Notes under the pieces: generated by a model
Database searches by the model: none
What the model was told of the DNA's origin: nothing
The model's input: only the letters and a program-made list of their open reading frames with translations
Source: Felis catus
Taxonomy: Eukaryota
Assembly (NCBI RefSeq): GCF_018350175.1
Contig: NC_058373.1
Location: 115,260,001 to 115,324,000, forward strand
DNA: 64,000 bases
Reading direction: 5' to 3'
Position numbers and translations under genes: made by a program
Shown here: positions 47,381 to 58,797 of the stretch, one piece after another
Layout of the letters: each line of letters begins with the position of its first letter
Position numbering within the stretch: position 1 is the stretch's first letter

Positions 47381-47603
47381 TTTTTTTTTAAATTTTTTTT
47401 CAACGTTTATTTATTTTTGGGACAGAGAGAGACAGAGCATGAACGGGGGAGGGGCAGAGAGAGAGGGAGACACAGAATCGGAAACAGGCTTCAGGCTCTG
47501 AGCCATCAGCCCAGAGCCCGACGCGAGGCTCGAACTCACAGACTGTGAGATCGTGACCTGGCTGAAGTCGGACGCTTAACCGACTGCGCCACCCAGGCGC
47601 CCC
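47381..47603 (-). mobile_element. Young SINEC_Fc-type element (second of tandem pair)
   Basis: TSD AAACTAATTTTTTT. Confidence 0.95.
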
Positions 47604-48496
47604 AAACTAATTTTTTTGTAGATTCCTCAGGAAGGGATTACAGAAAAAATATTCTCGAGTTTTTGCATGTTGCTGAAAGCTTACCTGTGGCCTTTGTACC
47701 TGAAGTTCAGTTTGGCTGGATACAGTCTCCACACTCATATTTTCTTTTCCTGAGTGTCTTAAATATGTTATTTCGTCGTATTTTGGCAAAAAAAGAATTC
47801 CTTTTGGAAGGTCCGATGACCACCTCATTTTCTTTCCTTTGTAACTGATTTATTTGGTCTTACTGCTTAGATGTTCAAATGATCCTTTTCTGTTACTACT
47901 TTTTTAAGTGAATGGAGTATTTTTTGGAGACACGGTTGAGTCAGGAGAGTTTCTTCTCGGCCCTAGAACTTTGGTTGTTTTTGCAAAATGATGAAAAAAT
48001 TAAAAAAAAAGATGGCCTGGTATTTTTCTGACACCTGTTTCCTCTGCCTCACTCTCCTATTTTGACATTTTCTGTCCTTTGGTCTTATTACTGTCTAACC
48101 CTGTTCCGCATCCATACATTTCCAGCACTTTCCCTTCAGGGTGTGGCCTTCTCTGGTAAGGGGCCGTGGCTTGTTAGTTTTGAGAGTTTATAGGAGTCAG
48201 ACGTCTCTAGCGTCATCAGACATTGTCATACTGTGGCGCGACATGAGTCGGGTCACGCCAAAGCCCCTCTCCATTGTAGCTACTTTCCTTAGATTGACTT
48301 GCCGCATTTCCAGTGAGTTTGGGGAATTTGGGGTTACCTAGCGGTGTTTTGGGATAGCCTGTCTAATGCTTTCTGTGGGTGTTTGACTTTGCTGTGCTGG
48401 TTATTCCATATGTTTCGGGGGGACTTACAGAAGTTTAAAAACTGCTACACTCACCATTTTCGTAGAAGCTACACTCTTACCCCCACTTAAAAAAAA

Positions 48497-48703
48497 TTTT
48501 TTATAATTTATTTTTTGAGAGAGAGAGAGAGAGCACAGGTGGAGGAGGGGCAGAGAGAGAGAGTGGGGGACACAGAATCCGAAGCAGGCTCCAGGCTCTG
48601 AGCTGTCAGCACAGAGCCTGACGCGGGGCTTGAACTCAGGAACTGCGAGGTCATGACCTGAGCTGAAGTCGGACGCTCAACCGACGGAGCCACCCAGGCG
48701 CCT
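48497..48703 (-). mobile_element. CanSINE (feline type)
   Basis: Head, body and tail; flanking ACCCCCACTT repeated. Confidence 0.92.
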
Positions 48704-48719
48704 CATCACCCCCACTTTT

Positions 48720-49190
48720 TAATCGTAAACTATCCTCTAAGAATGTTTTAGGTTTACAGAAATACTGCAAAGGTGGTACAGAGAGTTCCTATAGACTATG
48801 CATCCTGGTTTCTCTGTTATCAACATCCTACGACATTTGTATGGTACATTCGTTTTAATCATTAAACCAACATCAATACATTATTATTAATTAAAGTCAA
48901 TGTTGTATTCAGACTTCCCCCAGCTTTTCCCTCGTGTCCTTTTTCTGTTCCAGGAGGGTCTAGGATACTACCTTACCTGCAGTCAGCGCGTCTCCTCAGG
49001 CTTCCCTTAGCTGTGACGGCGTCTCAGACTTCCCGTGTTTTTGAGAACTGGTCGGCTATTTTGTAGAGTGTCCCTCGCTTGGGATTTGCCTGATGTTTTT
49101 TCTCACGAGTAGACTGCATTTATGGGCTTTTGGGAGGAAGACCACAGAGGCAAAATGCTATTCTCCTCACATCGTATCAAGGGTATAGGC
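48720..49190 (-). mobile_element. L1MC/MD-like 3' UTR fragment
   Basis: TTTTAGGTTTACAGAAA...ACAGAGAGTTCC...GATTTGCCTGATGTTTTTTCTCA...GAGGAAGACCACAGAGG; paralogous to 52905-53700. Confidence 0.65.
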
Positions 49191-51553
49191 TCCCTCTGGT
49201 TCCTTGCTCATTCTGATGCCCCTGCCCAGCTCAGAGAAGCCAAGATTCACCACACTGGGATCAGACCCCAAAGGTAGAAAGCGGCAGAGCCAAGAATTGA
49301 ACCCAAATTCAGTCTGTCTTACGTTGGAGCCTGTACCCTTCACCACTCCGTCGTGCTAGGGATGGATTAGTTTAGCAAAGGCCCCACACCACCCTCCTCT
49401 TTCTAGCTCCACACTGTCTCCTCTCCCCCTCTCACAAGGGGTCGTACATCCCTTTTATCCTTGCTTTAAATGGAAGACGTCCACTCTTCCTCCCTGTCCA
49501 GGGGTCAGGCCATTTCCCCCTGGCCCACCTCCCCCCATCGGGTTGCAAAGAGGCCCCCGTGATGAATGGGAAGAGAAAGCGGAAGGAGAGGGAGGGAGAC
49601 AAGAGAAGGAGGAGCAGGAGGATGGGGGGGGGGGAGCATGAGGGGGAGGAGGGTGGAGTGGGGGCCAGAGTGGCAGAGCCACAAACCTTAATTTAATCAC
49701 AGGGCCCCATGCTCAATTTAACAGACACAAGGGCTCAGAATGGGGTCCCTGTGTGGCGGTGAGGCAATCAGCCTGCCGCAGTTCCTGGGAAAGCATTAAT
49801 TGCGGATGACAATGTGTAAACAGTGGGGATGAATGGAGGGTGCAGGTGTGAGCGGCTGGGGCCAGCTGGGGCTGTTTTCACACGAGCTGCCTCTCCTTCA
49901 CTGCTGACCTGCTCCCCAGAACCAGATTGGTGGCAGCAGTTGGGAAACCGTTGAGGGTGTTGGAGTTTGGCACAGAGCGAGCGGTCGGGCGCAGAGGGGA
50001 AGAAGCGGGAGACGGACTGGGGGGGCCGAGGCGTGGGAGAACTGTGAGGGTGTGCACGCGCGTGCGTGCGTGCGTGTGTGTGTGTGTGCACCACCTGCAT
50101 CTGGCCGACCCCCAGACAGGCCGCTGGCTCTCTGGAAAGCAAGGCTGACTTTCAATAACAGCTTAGGGTGTTGGACTTGGGTCAGGGCTGGGGGCTGCGG
50201 TCCACTGCTCCAGGCTGCTGGAGACCGCTCCTCGTGGTCTTTGGGTCCTAGGGTCTGAGGGCCCAGAGATGTTCCTGCGGAGTCCCCTGAAGCAGCGTGG
50301 GACGTCCAGCCTGATTTGGGTGGGAAGGCGGTAGTTGTGAAGAATTGGACAGATGCTGAGAGACGGACCCAGAGAAGCCCGGACATTCCAACACCTTTCA
50401 TCTGAGCATACCAGAGCTTTTTTTCCAAAACAACGTAAAATGGCAAAGGTACATTTCCTGGCAAATGTAAAAACGGAGGCCCCTAGTGCACAGGATAGGG
50501 GTGAGTTCTCTGCAGGGCCACAGCCAGCTTCTAGCATCTGCCCGGTCCACTCAGAGCAAGCACTGCTAGGGTTTGGCACACAACATCCTGTGATAATGAT
50601 AATGCTGCTTATTATTATTATAGATTCTACTTGTTGAGCGCTTACTGTGTGCCAGGCACTCTGCTCAACACTGGGCTCATACAAACCTGTGGGTGTGCCT
50701 CACAGGCAGCTTCCTGTGTTTCTCTGTCTTCCTAGTTTTTTTTGTGACTCTCGGGGAACAGAAGCAATGTCCGCCATTTCTCTTGTCTCTCCTATGATTC
50801 CTGGAACTCACTTGGGCCCTCAGAAATCCCAAGGGTTCAGCCTTTATCCTTTAGGCAGTGGGGGTCCATGCCTGTCCTAGTACTTGACGGGCTTTGGGTT
50901 TTAGACAGTGCTGGCCACAGTGTGAGGACTTAGAGAGTGGAGAGATGGCTTGGTAGAAGGTTTGAAGAAGGAGCCATACAAAACCAGGTGAGGAGTGGGG
51001 ACAGGCAAGGCAGTGGAGTTGGGGGAAGGCTGAATTGAGAGACCTCAAGGAGATGAATTCCCAGGACTTCAGGGTTGGTTGGTTTCGGGGTGTGACGGCC
51101 TGAGTGGAATTTGGAATGGCTTTCCTTCTGATGGTGGATTCAAGGTTGGTAATAGTGAGGAACTGAGAGCCAACAAAGAGTCCCGTGTGCATTTGCTGAA
51201 GGAGGGTCAGCACGCAGGGTCCCCACATCTAGTCTCAGCTGAGGGCGCTGGGCCAGGCTGAGTCCCCAGCAGGCAGGACTTTGCCCAGGAGTGCCAAGCT
51301 CCTTCTAAACACCTGCTGGGTGTCCGGCCTGGAGGTGGGGAGCAGGCGGGGTAAACTGGTTGTGCGAACTGGCTTTGGGCTCGGAAGAGGGGGAGAAAAA
51401 TCAAGTTGGCATTAAAGTATCTCATGCATAAGCCAAGGAAAACAACGCACAGACTCGAATTGAACTCAAAATCTTGAATCCATGTTTTCTTCAGGTAGCC
51501 TGTTCAGTATCTCCCTGCTTCTTGTTTTTATTGCTTTTTTTTTTTTTTGAGAC

Positions 51554-51588
<35 letters not shown>

Positions 51589-52703
51589 TTATTCTTTCTC
51601 CTGCAAAGCCAGGCAACAGAAATGAGGTTAGAAACGGCAGTGACTCTCCAACCAAAGGAAGGACAATGGTAACTATCTATATTGGGGGGCCATTCTTCTA
51701 TTTTAGTTTTAAAATCATGGTTTCTAGTATTGTGGTGCTGGAGCCAGAGCCTGGGATCAGATCAACTGCCAGCTGTGTGACTGGGCAGATTTACTTAAGT
51801 GCTCTCTGCCTTAGTTTCCCCACCTGTAAGAGGGGGATAATAGTACCTGCTGCACACGGCACTATTAGGAAGATCACAGAAATCCCTGCACGTACTTACT
51901 TAGGGGCGTGCTGGCTCATTGTAAGCATCACTAAATATTATTATGACAACCAGGGGTTTCCCACACTTTCCTGTTTCAGCCCAAGGAGGGCTCTTTTGGG
52001 GGGAGCTGTCTGGCTTTTATGCTCCATTGGCCCTGGTACAGGCTGTCACCTCAGTTCCTTAGGCCCTCAAAATGAAGTCCTAAGAAAGAAGAGGTCAGGA
52101 TGTCCCAGAAATTCATTGTCCCACTCTTTCACCTGAGACGCTTTAACTCTATAGGTCAGACTTGAACAGCGGTTCCTCCATGTTGGGATTTCTTGAATCG
52201 GATAGAAAAAATGGACGGACAGAGACAGAGTAGTTAACCATTTTGGCAAGTGGGGATATTAAAGGAAGAGTCATCATCATCGTTTCATATAGGGACATTT
52301 GAGCAGAAGGGGACACTGGACATTGATGATTTTTGACCTTCAAACATCCATTCACCTCCTGTAGGTAACGGCTCCCAAGTTTTTGCTGCCTACATCTCTC
52401 CTCCACAGTCAGCCCCCCACTCAGAGCTGAAGCCCAGTCCAAGCCAGTCAGGGTTTCTCCTTCCTCCAGCCCCAGTAATTGAACCCTGTGGCTCAGCCAG
52501 TCGCAGCAAGGTACAAAGAGATGTACCGGGCTTCTGGGACAGGAGCGGCTGCTCCTTTTTGCTGAACTCTAATCTGAGAGGACATCATGGTGGGGGTGGT
52601 GGCGCCATATTGCTGTCACACGGAGCGCGAAGCCAATAGGAAGGAAGGCAGAGTCAGAAGATGAGGCTGTTATTTGAATTCCAAGTGCAGCCATGCCTGA
52701 AGT

Positions 52704-52733
52704 CTCTTCTTTCCTTCCTTCCTTTCTTCCTTC

Positions 52734-52775
<42 letters not shown>

Positions 52776-52814
52776 CTTTCTTTCTTTCTTTCTTTCCTTT
52801 TTCTTTCTTTCTTT

Positions 52815-52854
<40 letters not shown>

Positions 52855-52898
52855 TCCTTCTTTCTTTCTTTCCTTCTTTCTTTCTTTCTTTCTTTCTT
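52704..52898 (+). repeat. (TTTC)n/(TTCC)n compound tetranucleotide microsatellite, ~195 bp pure pyrimidine
   Basis: Direct reading. Confidence 0.97.
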
Positions 52899-53217
52899 AA
52901 AGGAAACCTTTTACATTTAGAGTAGTTTTAGATTTATAGAAAAATTAGGAAAATAGTATAGAGAGTTCCCATAGACCCCAAACCCAGTTTCCCTTATTAA
53001 ATACTGGTCAGGTATTTTGTAAAATGCCCTTCACTCGGGGTTTGTCTAATGTTTTTCTCATAATTAGACTGCGGTTATATGTTTCAGCGGAAGACCGCAG
53101 AAGTAAAGTGCCTTCCCATCACAATGTATCAAAGGTACACACTGTTGACATGACTTACCACTGCTAATCACCCAGCTGAGGTAGGGTTGGTCAGCTTTGT
53201 CCATTGTAAAGTTAACT

Positions 53218-53407
53218 TTCTTTTTTTTTAGAGCGAGCGAGAAAGAGAGGGCATGAGCAGGAGAGGGGCAGGGGAGAAAGAGAATCTAAAGCAGGCTCCA
53301 CGCGCAGTGTGGAGCCCAGCGTGGGGCTCTGTCTCACGACCGTGAGATCATGACCTGAGCCGACATCAAGAGTCAGATGCTCAACCGACTGAGCCACCCC
53401 GGCGCCT
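53218..53407 (-). mobile_element. CanSINE
   Basis: Head, body and tail. Confidence 0.9.
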
Positions 53408-53831
53408 CATAATGTTACTTTTTAATCTCCCTTTCCACACTGTACTTTTTGGAAGGGAGTCAGCATGTGTAGCTCATGCTGAAGCAGTGGGGATTTATGT
53501 TTCTTTGAGGATAGAGTAGTACATAAATTATTTGGAATTCTTCTGCATGGGAGATTTGTCTCTTCTCCCTGATTTATTTATTCAATCATTTATGTATATA
53601 AATATGGACTCCTGTGTATTTTTTTTTATACTTGGGACATAAGCCAACAGTATTTTGTTGCTCAAAAAATTCCAACTTTGGGCATCGGGGGGGAGATCTG
53701 TCAGTTGGCTCCCATCACTTCGGTCACCTGCACTTTTCAGTGACAAGAGCCATCCAGTCCTTCTTAGTCAGTTTAGATCAGGGTTTCCATCACTTGTAAA
53801 CAAAAGATTCTTTAAAAATTTCAAAAGAGGA

Positions 53832-54052
53832 GGGGCGCCTGGGTGGCGCAGTCGGTTAAGCGTCCGACTTCAGCCAGGTCACGATCTCGCGGTCCGTTAG
53901 TTCGAGCCCCGCATCGGGCTCTGGGCTGATGGCTCAGAGCCTGGAGCCTGTTTCCGATTCTGTGTCTCCCTCTCTCTCTGCCCCTCCCCCGTTCATGCTC
54001 TGTCTCTCTCTGTCCCAAAAATAAATAAACGTTGAAAAAAAAAATTAAAAAA
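53832..54052 (+). mobile_element. Young SINEC_Fc-type element
   Basis: TSD AAAAATTTCAAAAGAGGA; CpG-intact. Confidence 0.96.
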
Positions 54053-54425
54053 AAAATTTCAAAAGAGGAGAGAGAGAGTCCTTGGGTCGCATTACTGGTT
54101 GAAAATCTCACACGTTTCTGATGTCAGTGCAGCAGCTTACGTGACAATTTTACACTGGAAAGCACAGGTCTTCCTTTGGGCTGTGGCAAACAGTTCGCTG
54201 AACATTGTAATAATATCAGGAGGCTCAGCAGACTGGGGCTGTGTGTGGTTCAAGTTCCAGCCTTGTGGTCTTAGACAAGTCATGTCATCTCTGGGTTCTA
54301 AAAGTGGTACAGAGATGACAAGGGATTAAATAACATCACACCATTGTGATTTGATCCAGAGGCCAAGACTGTGCCTCTCGTCTGCTAAGCCAGCTGCTGG
54401 GGAGTAAAGGAAGCTCATAAGAAGG

Positions 54426-54613
54426 AGGGCTGCCAGATAAAATATAGGACACCTAGCTAACTTCAGATACATAATGAAAGACTTTTGTCTAAGTATATCC
54501 CAAGTACTGCATGGGGTTATACTTACAATAAAAAAAAAAAAAATCATTGTTTATCTGAAATTCAAAGCTAACTGGAGGTCCTGTATCTTTATTTGCTAAA
54601 TCTGGCAACCCTA
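54426..54613. mobile_element. MER53 palindromic MITE
   Basis: Terminal inverted repeats AGGGCTGCCAGAT...ATCTGGCAACCCT and internal TATACTTA...TCATTGTTTATCTGAAATTCAAA. Confidence 0.8.
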
Positions 54614-55399
54614 TCCCAAAGGCCGTCCCATTTTTAGGTTCCTCAGGGCATGGACTGCAGGCAAGGGACTCTAGCTCCAGCCTCACTGATGAGGGAACTT
54701 GAGCCGTGTGGTGTTTGGGGAAGAGTAGGATGTTGTGGCCAGACTCTCATGAGTCAAACCTCTGCTCCACCACTTTGGGCAAGTTGCTCAACCATTCTGA
54801 GCCCTGTTTCCATACTTCATCGTTCAGGGGGCTGATAGTTCATGGATGCCATCATAACACTTTGCAAGGGTTCTATGAGGACTAAATGAGCTACGGGTCT
54901 GACACCTAGCGGGCACTCAGTCAACGGTGGCTGCTACTGATGTCACTCTTATCTGGACAGATGAACAGAAAGTCCTGAGAGGGCAAGAGAGGAGATTCAA
55001 GGTCACGGTAAGGCACCCTCCTCACTCCCAATCTGTCCCCTTCTCTGAGCCGCCGGGAAGGCCAAATCCCAGAAGTAGAGGCCAGGGTGTGGATGGGGCA
55101 TGGGCACTCTGTGAGGATATCTGTGGGCCTGGGCTCTTTGTTGAGGACCAGCATCTCATTGGAGCCCAGCTTTCTAGGGTCTTGGGGTCCTCAAGACGGA
55201 GCTGGGCCTGAGGTTGAAGGCAGGAGCCTGTGTTGATAAGAGTCTAGAAGGGGCTATCTGGGGAGACAAAAGAGAAAACTAGTCCTTGGGGGAGGCTGGC
55301 CTTACTCTTCACAAGGAGGGCAGGTAGGTCCAAATGATGACAGTTACATTTATTGAACACTTACTGTGTGCCAGACACGATTGTGTGTACTTCCCACTC

Positions 55400-55985
55400 G
55401 TTTTGAGATATAAATGATATATAACACGGTGGTAGCCTAAGGTATACAACGTAACGATTTGATATATGTGCGGATTGCAAAATGATCACCACAAATCCAC
55501 ATACTGACAAGTTTTTCCCTGTGTTGAGAACTTTTAAGATTTACTCTCTTAACAAGTTTCAATACAGCTACAATACAGCATCGATAACAATAGTCACCAC
55601 GCTGTACCTAACATTCCCAGAACTTTTTTGTAAGTGAAAGTTCTCAGCTTTTGACCACCTTTCAGCTTGTATTTTTTTTTTTTAATTTTTTTTAATGTTT
55701 GTTTATTTTTGAGGCAGAGAGAGACAGAGCATGAACAGGGGAGGGGCAGAGAGAGAGAGGAAGACACAGAATGGGAAGCAGGCTCCAGGCTCTGAGCCAT
55801 CAGCCCAGAGCCCGATGTGGTGCTCGAACTCCCGGACCGCGAGATCGTGACCTGAGCTGAAGTCGGACGCTTTACTGACTGAGCCACCCAGGCGCCCCTG
55901 ACCACCTTTCAGCTTTTAAACCACACCCCTCTCCTGCCTGCTGCTGGCAACCGCCAGTCTGTTCTCTGTATCTCTGAGTTTGCAG

Positions 55986-56017
<32 letters not shown>

Positions 56018-56492
56018 GATTCCACATATAAGCGAACTCATACAGTATTTGCCTTTCTCTGACTTATTTCACTTAGCATGGTGCCCTCAAAGTCCATCCA
56101 TGATGTCAGAATTTCTTTTTTCTGGCTGAAAAATGTTCCTGTGTGTGTGTGTGTGTGTGTGTGTATCTGTCTGTCTATCTACCTTCTTTATCCATTGGTG
56201 GGCACGTAGGTTGTTTCCAAGTCTTGGCTAGTGTAAGTAATGCTGCAATGATCATGGGACACAGATACTTTTTTTGAGATAGTGATTCTGTTTCCTTTGG
56301 ATATATATCCAGACGTGGATCATATGGTAGTTCTATTTTTAAGTTTTTGGGGAGCCTTTCATACTGTTTTCCATGGTGGCTACACTGGTTTATGTACCCA
56401 CCAACAGAACCTGATGGCTCCCTCTTCTCTACAGCCTTGCCAGGCACTGATCTCATCGTTTTGATGATAGCCGTTCTGATAGATGTGAGGTG
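55400..56492 (-). mobile_element. L1 (L1MA/carnivore) 3' end inserted in a MIR, with nested SINE
   Basis: ORF2-like [43 protein letters not shown]; antisense 3' UTR motifs. Confidence 0.85.
55670..55898 (-). mobile_element. Feline CanSINE nested in L1
   Basis: 17-bp TSD TGACCACCTTTCAGCTT (55652-55668, 55899-55915). Confidence 0.95.
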
Positions 56493-57559
56493 TCATGGAC
56501 GTTTACCGTATTACTTCATTTAATTCTCACACTTCCCCACTTTTTGGTGGGGAGACTAAGCCACGGAAGGGTCAGGAAACTTGCCTGAGGTCACACAGTA
56601 AATGGGAGAGCCAGGCAGCTGTGCCCTAGCCACACGCTCTGCTCTGAGGGCCCGGTTTGAGAGCTCTGCTCACACTCGCCTTCCAGTCCCCACCAGCCTG
56701 GCAGGCCTGAGATTCACCAAGCCTTTGGCCTCAGTTAACCAGGGGGACTGCCGAGTGCCAGGCATCGGCTAATACCGTGTAGATCTTGTGTCACTCAGTG
56801 CTCACAATAGCCCTCCGAGGGGATGTGATTGTATCTTCACTGCACGGAAGACTGTGAGGTTTATACAAGTTGCCGGAGGCCATGATTTACAGGGGCCATG
56901 ATTCACATGTGAATTTCCAACTTGCAGGTGCCTGGACGTGTCAGGGAGGGGAGGAGGAGGCCGGGGATGACCTTTCCCTTCCGTGCCAGCCCTAGGAAGA
57001 GGTGGAAGTGCCTGCCTCGCACCTTTGATTTATAGTTTAGTCCCAGGGGTCAACTGGGGAAGCCACTGGAGGATTCTATTAAAAAAAAAAAATCACCTTG
57101 TAATTTATAAGAGTGAAAACAAACCAAAACAAGAAACCCCAAGCAAACAGGAAGACAGCACACATGTCTGACACTGGGGGAACCAGTGAAATCAATTAGG
57201 ATACAAGCCCTTAACTGTGTGTATATTCTTAAAAATATTTTCAGACTTCCATAGGAAAGTGCTCCAGATAAAGCCAAAGCAGGAGATAAAACTGTTGACA
57301 CAACATGCTCCCGACCAACAATGACAGTTTTATATACATAGAAAAAGACTAGAAGAATACACTCTGGAACGTGGGTAGTGGTTGTCTCCAGGCTGTGAAA
57401 TTTTAGGGCAATTCAAAACTTCTTAATTACACTGTTATGTACTTGCCGCATAATTTGCAAATCAGTTCAGTGACTCACGGACCACTGGAGCTGCAAGCCA
57501 ACGAGGTGGTCTCCAACCAGGGCATTTTCACCGTGGGGAAACTGAGGCTCAGGCCTGGC

Positions 57560-58270
57560 CAGGTGGTTCAGGCCGGCCGAAGGCGCTGCCCAAAGCGGGG
57601 TGAAGCCCACGCCTCCAGGGGAGCTGCCGCGCGGGGGAGCGTGGGGCGCCCCCTCCAAGGGGCCCAGCCAGAGCACCGAGGAGGGGGGGAGGGAGGAGAG
57701 GGGTGAAGGTGGGTGGGGGCTGGGTGGAAGCGAAGATTGGGGACCTTTCAAAAATGGAAACCAGATGAGCCTTTCAAAGGGGAGCCCATTCTCCACGGGC
57801 GCTGTCCTTTGTTGCGGGCGTGTGAGGCTGCGGCAGCTGCGCCCTCACCCCCAGCCCACGGCCCGATGGGGCGGACACGGATAACTGCATTAGATGCACT
57901 CCGCTCTTTTCAATGAAACGCTCTTGTTGGCGGCACAATAGGGGGAACAGGGCAGCAACCCCGGGGCCGGGCCGGGCCGGGGGCGCCCTCCCCTCCCCGC
58001 GGAAAGCGGAGAGGGCTCTCATTTTTCAGGCCTAGGCTAATTGACGTTGGGCCGCCGTGTGGTTCAAAAGAAAAGGCTGAGCTCCTCAAGTCCACTTCCA
58101 CCGGAAATGAGCCCCCCCCCCCACGTCGGTCGGTCTCTGGGGGCGCAGCTGGGGACCACAGCGCAGCTTGCGCCTGCAGAATCCCTCCCTCCCCGGTGTT
58201 GCGTTGACTCTGTTGGCTCTGAATGTAAGGTGTCCCTGTGTCCCAAAGGGCTGGGGCGCCCCGCCTTCAG
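57560..58270. promoter_or_regulatory. GC/CpG-rich non-repeat element (orphan CpG-island-like)
   Basis: Visibly dense CpGs and GC-box-like runs (CCGGGGCCGGGCCGGGCCGGGGGCG) outside any repeat; not formally scored. Confidence 0.55.
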
Positions 58271-58589
58271 TTTCTGAGGGAGAAATGCACTCCGGGAAGG
58301 GGGCAGGTGACCACTGCAAGTGTAAAAGTTTCAGGGCTGGAAGACCCTGTTAGTGATTACCAAATGCCACATTCTTTTAGTGGTTCTCATAAAGATAGCC
58401 CAGAACATTCTTTCTAAGTTGGGCGAGGGGAGGAGAGCATGGTATTTCTTGCTCCCCTGCAATGCTCTGTCTAGGAGTGAGTTTTTACAGGTGTGGAAAC
58501 CAAGGTTTAGAGAGGTTATGGGTTTGCTAAATTGCACAGCTAGGTACAGGCACAACTGGAGTTTGAGCCCAAGTCTATTTGGCTTTACA

Positions 58590-58797
58590 GCAGGGTTTCC
58601 CAACGTGGACACTATTGACATTTTGGCCTTGAGAACTCTTGCTGGGGGTGCTGCCCAGCGTGTTGCAAAATGGTGGCCTCCATGGCTCACCTTCTAGATG
58701 CCAGCATTACCCCCCTTCCAGTTGTGGCAACCCAACATATCCCCGGACATCGCCAAATGCGCCCTGGGAGGCACTTCCTCCCTGTTGAGAACCCATT
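58590..58797. mobile_element. MER20 hAT DNA transposon, preceded by a MIR
   Basis: CAGGGTTTCCCAAC...ACTATTGACATTTTGG...CTAGATGCCAGCA...GACATCGCCAAATG...GTTGAGAACC. Confidence 0.82.

Larger units (their letters stand above)
52140..53812 (+). mobile_element. MLT1-like LTR split by (TTTC)n, an antisense L1MC-like fragment (52905-53700) and a SINE
   Basis: 5' part ends GCAGCCATGCCTGAAGTC (~52703); 3' part resumes ACTTTTCAGTGACAAGAGCC...GTCAGTTTAGATCAGGGTTTCCATCACTTGTAAACAAAAG. Confidence 0.55.

Noticed and set aside
51474..52136. 220-aa plus-strand ORF
   Set aside because: Runs through poly-T/(GA)n and a MIR; composition is repeat-derived.
53832..53910. tRNA-like sequences at SINE heads
   Set aside because: tRNA-derived CanSINE heads followed by (CT)n, A tail and TSD; not tRNA genes.
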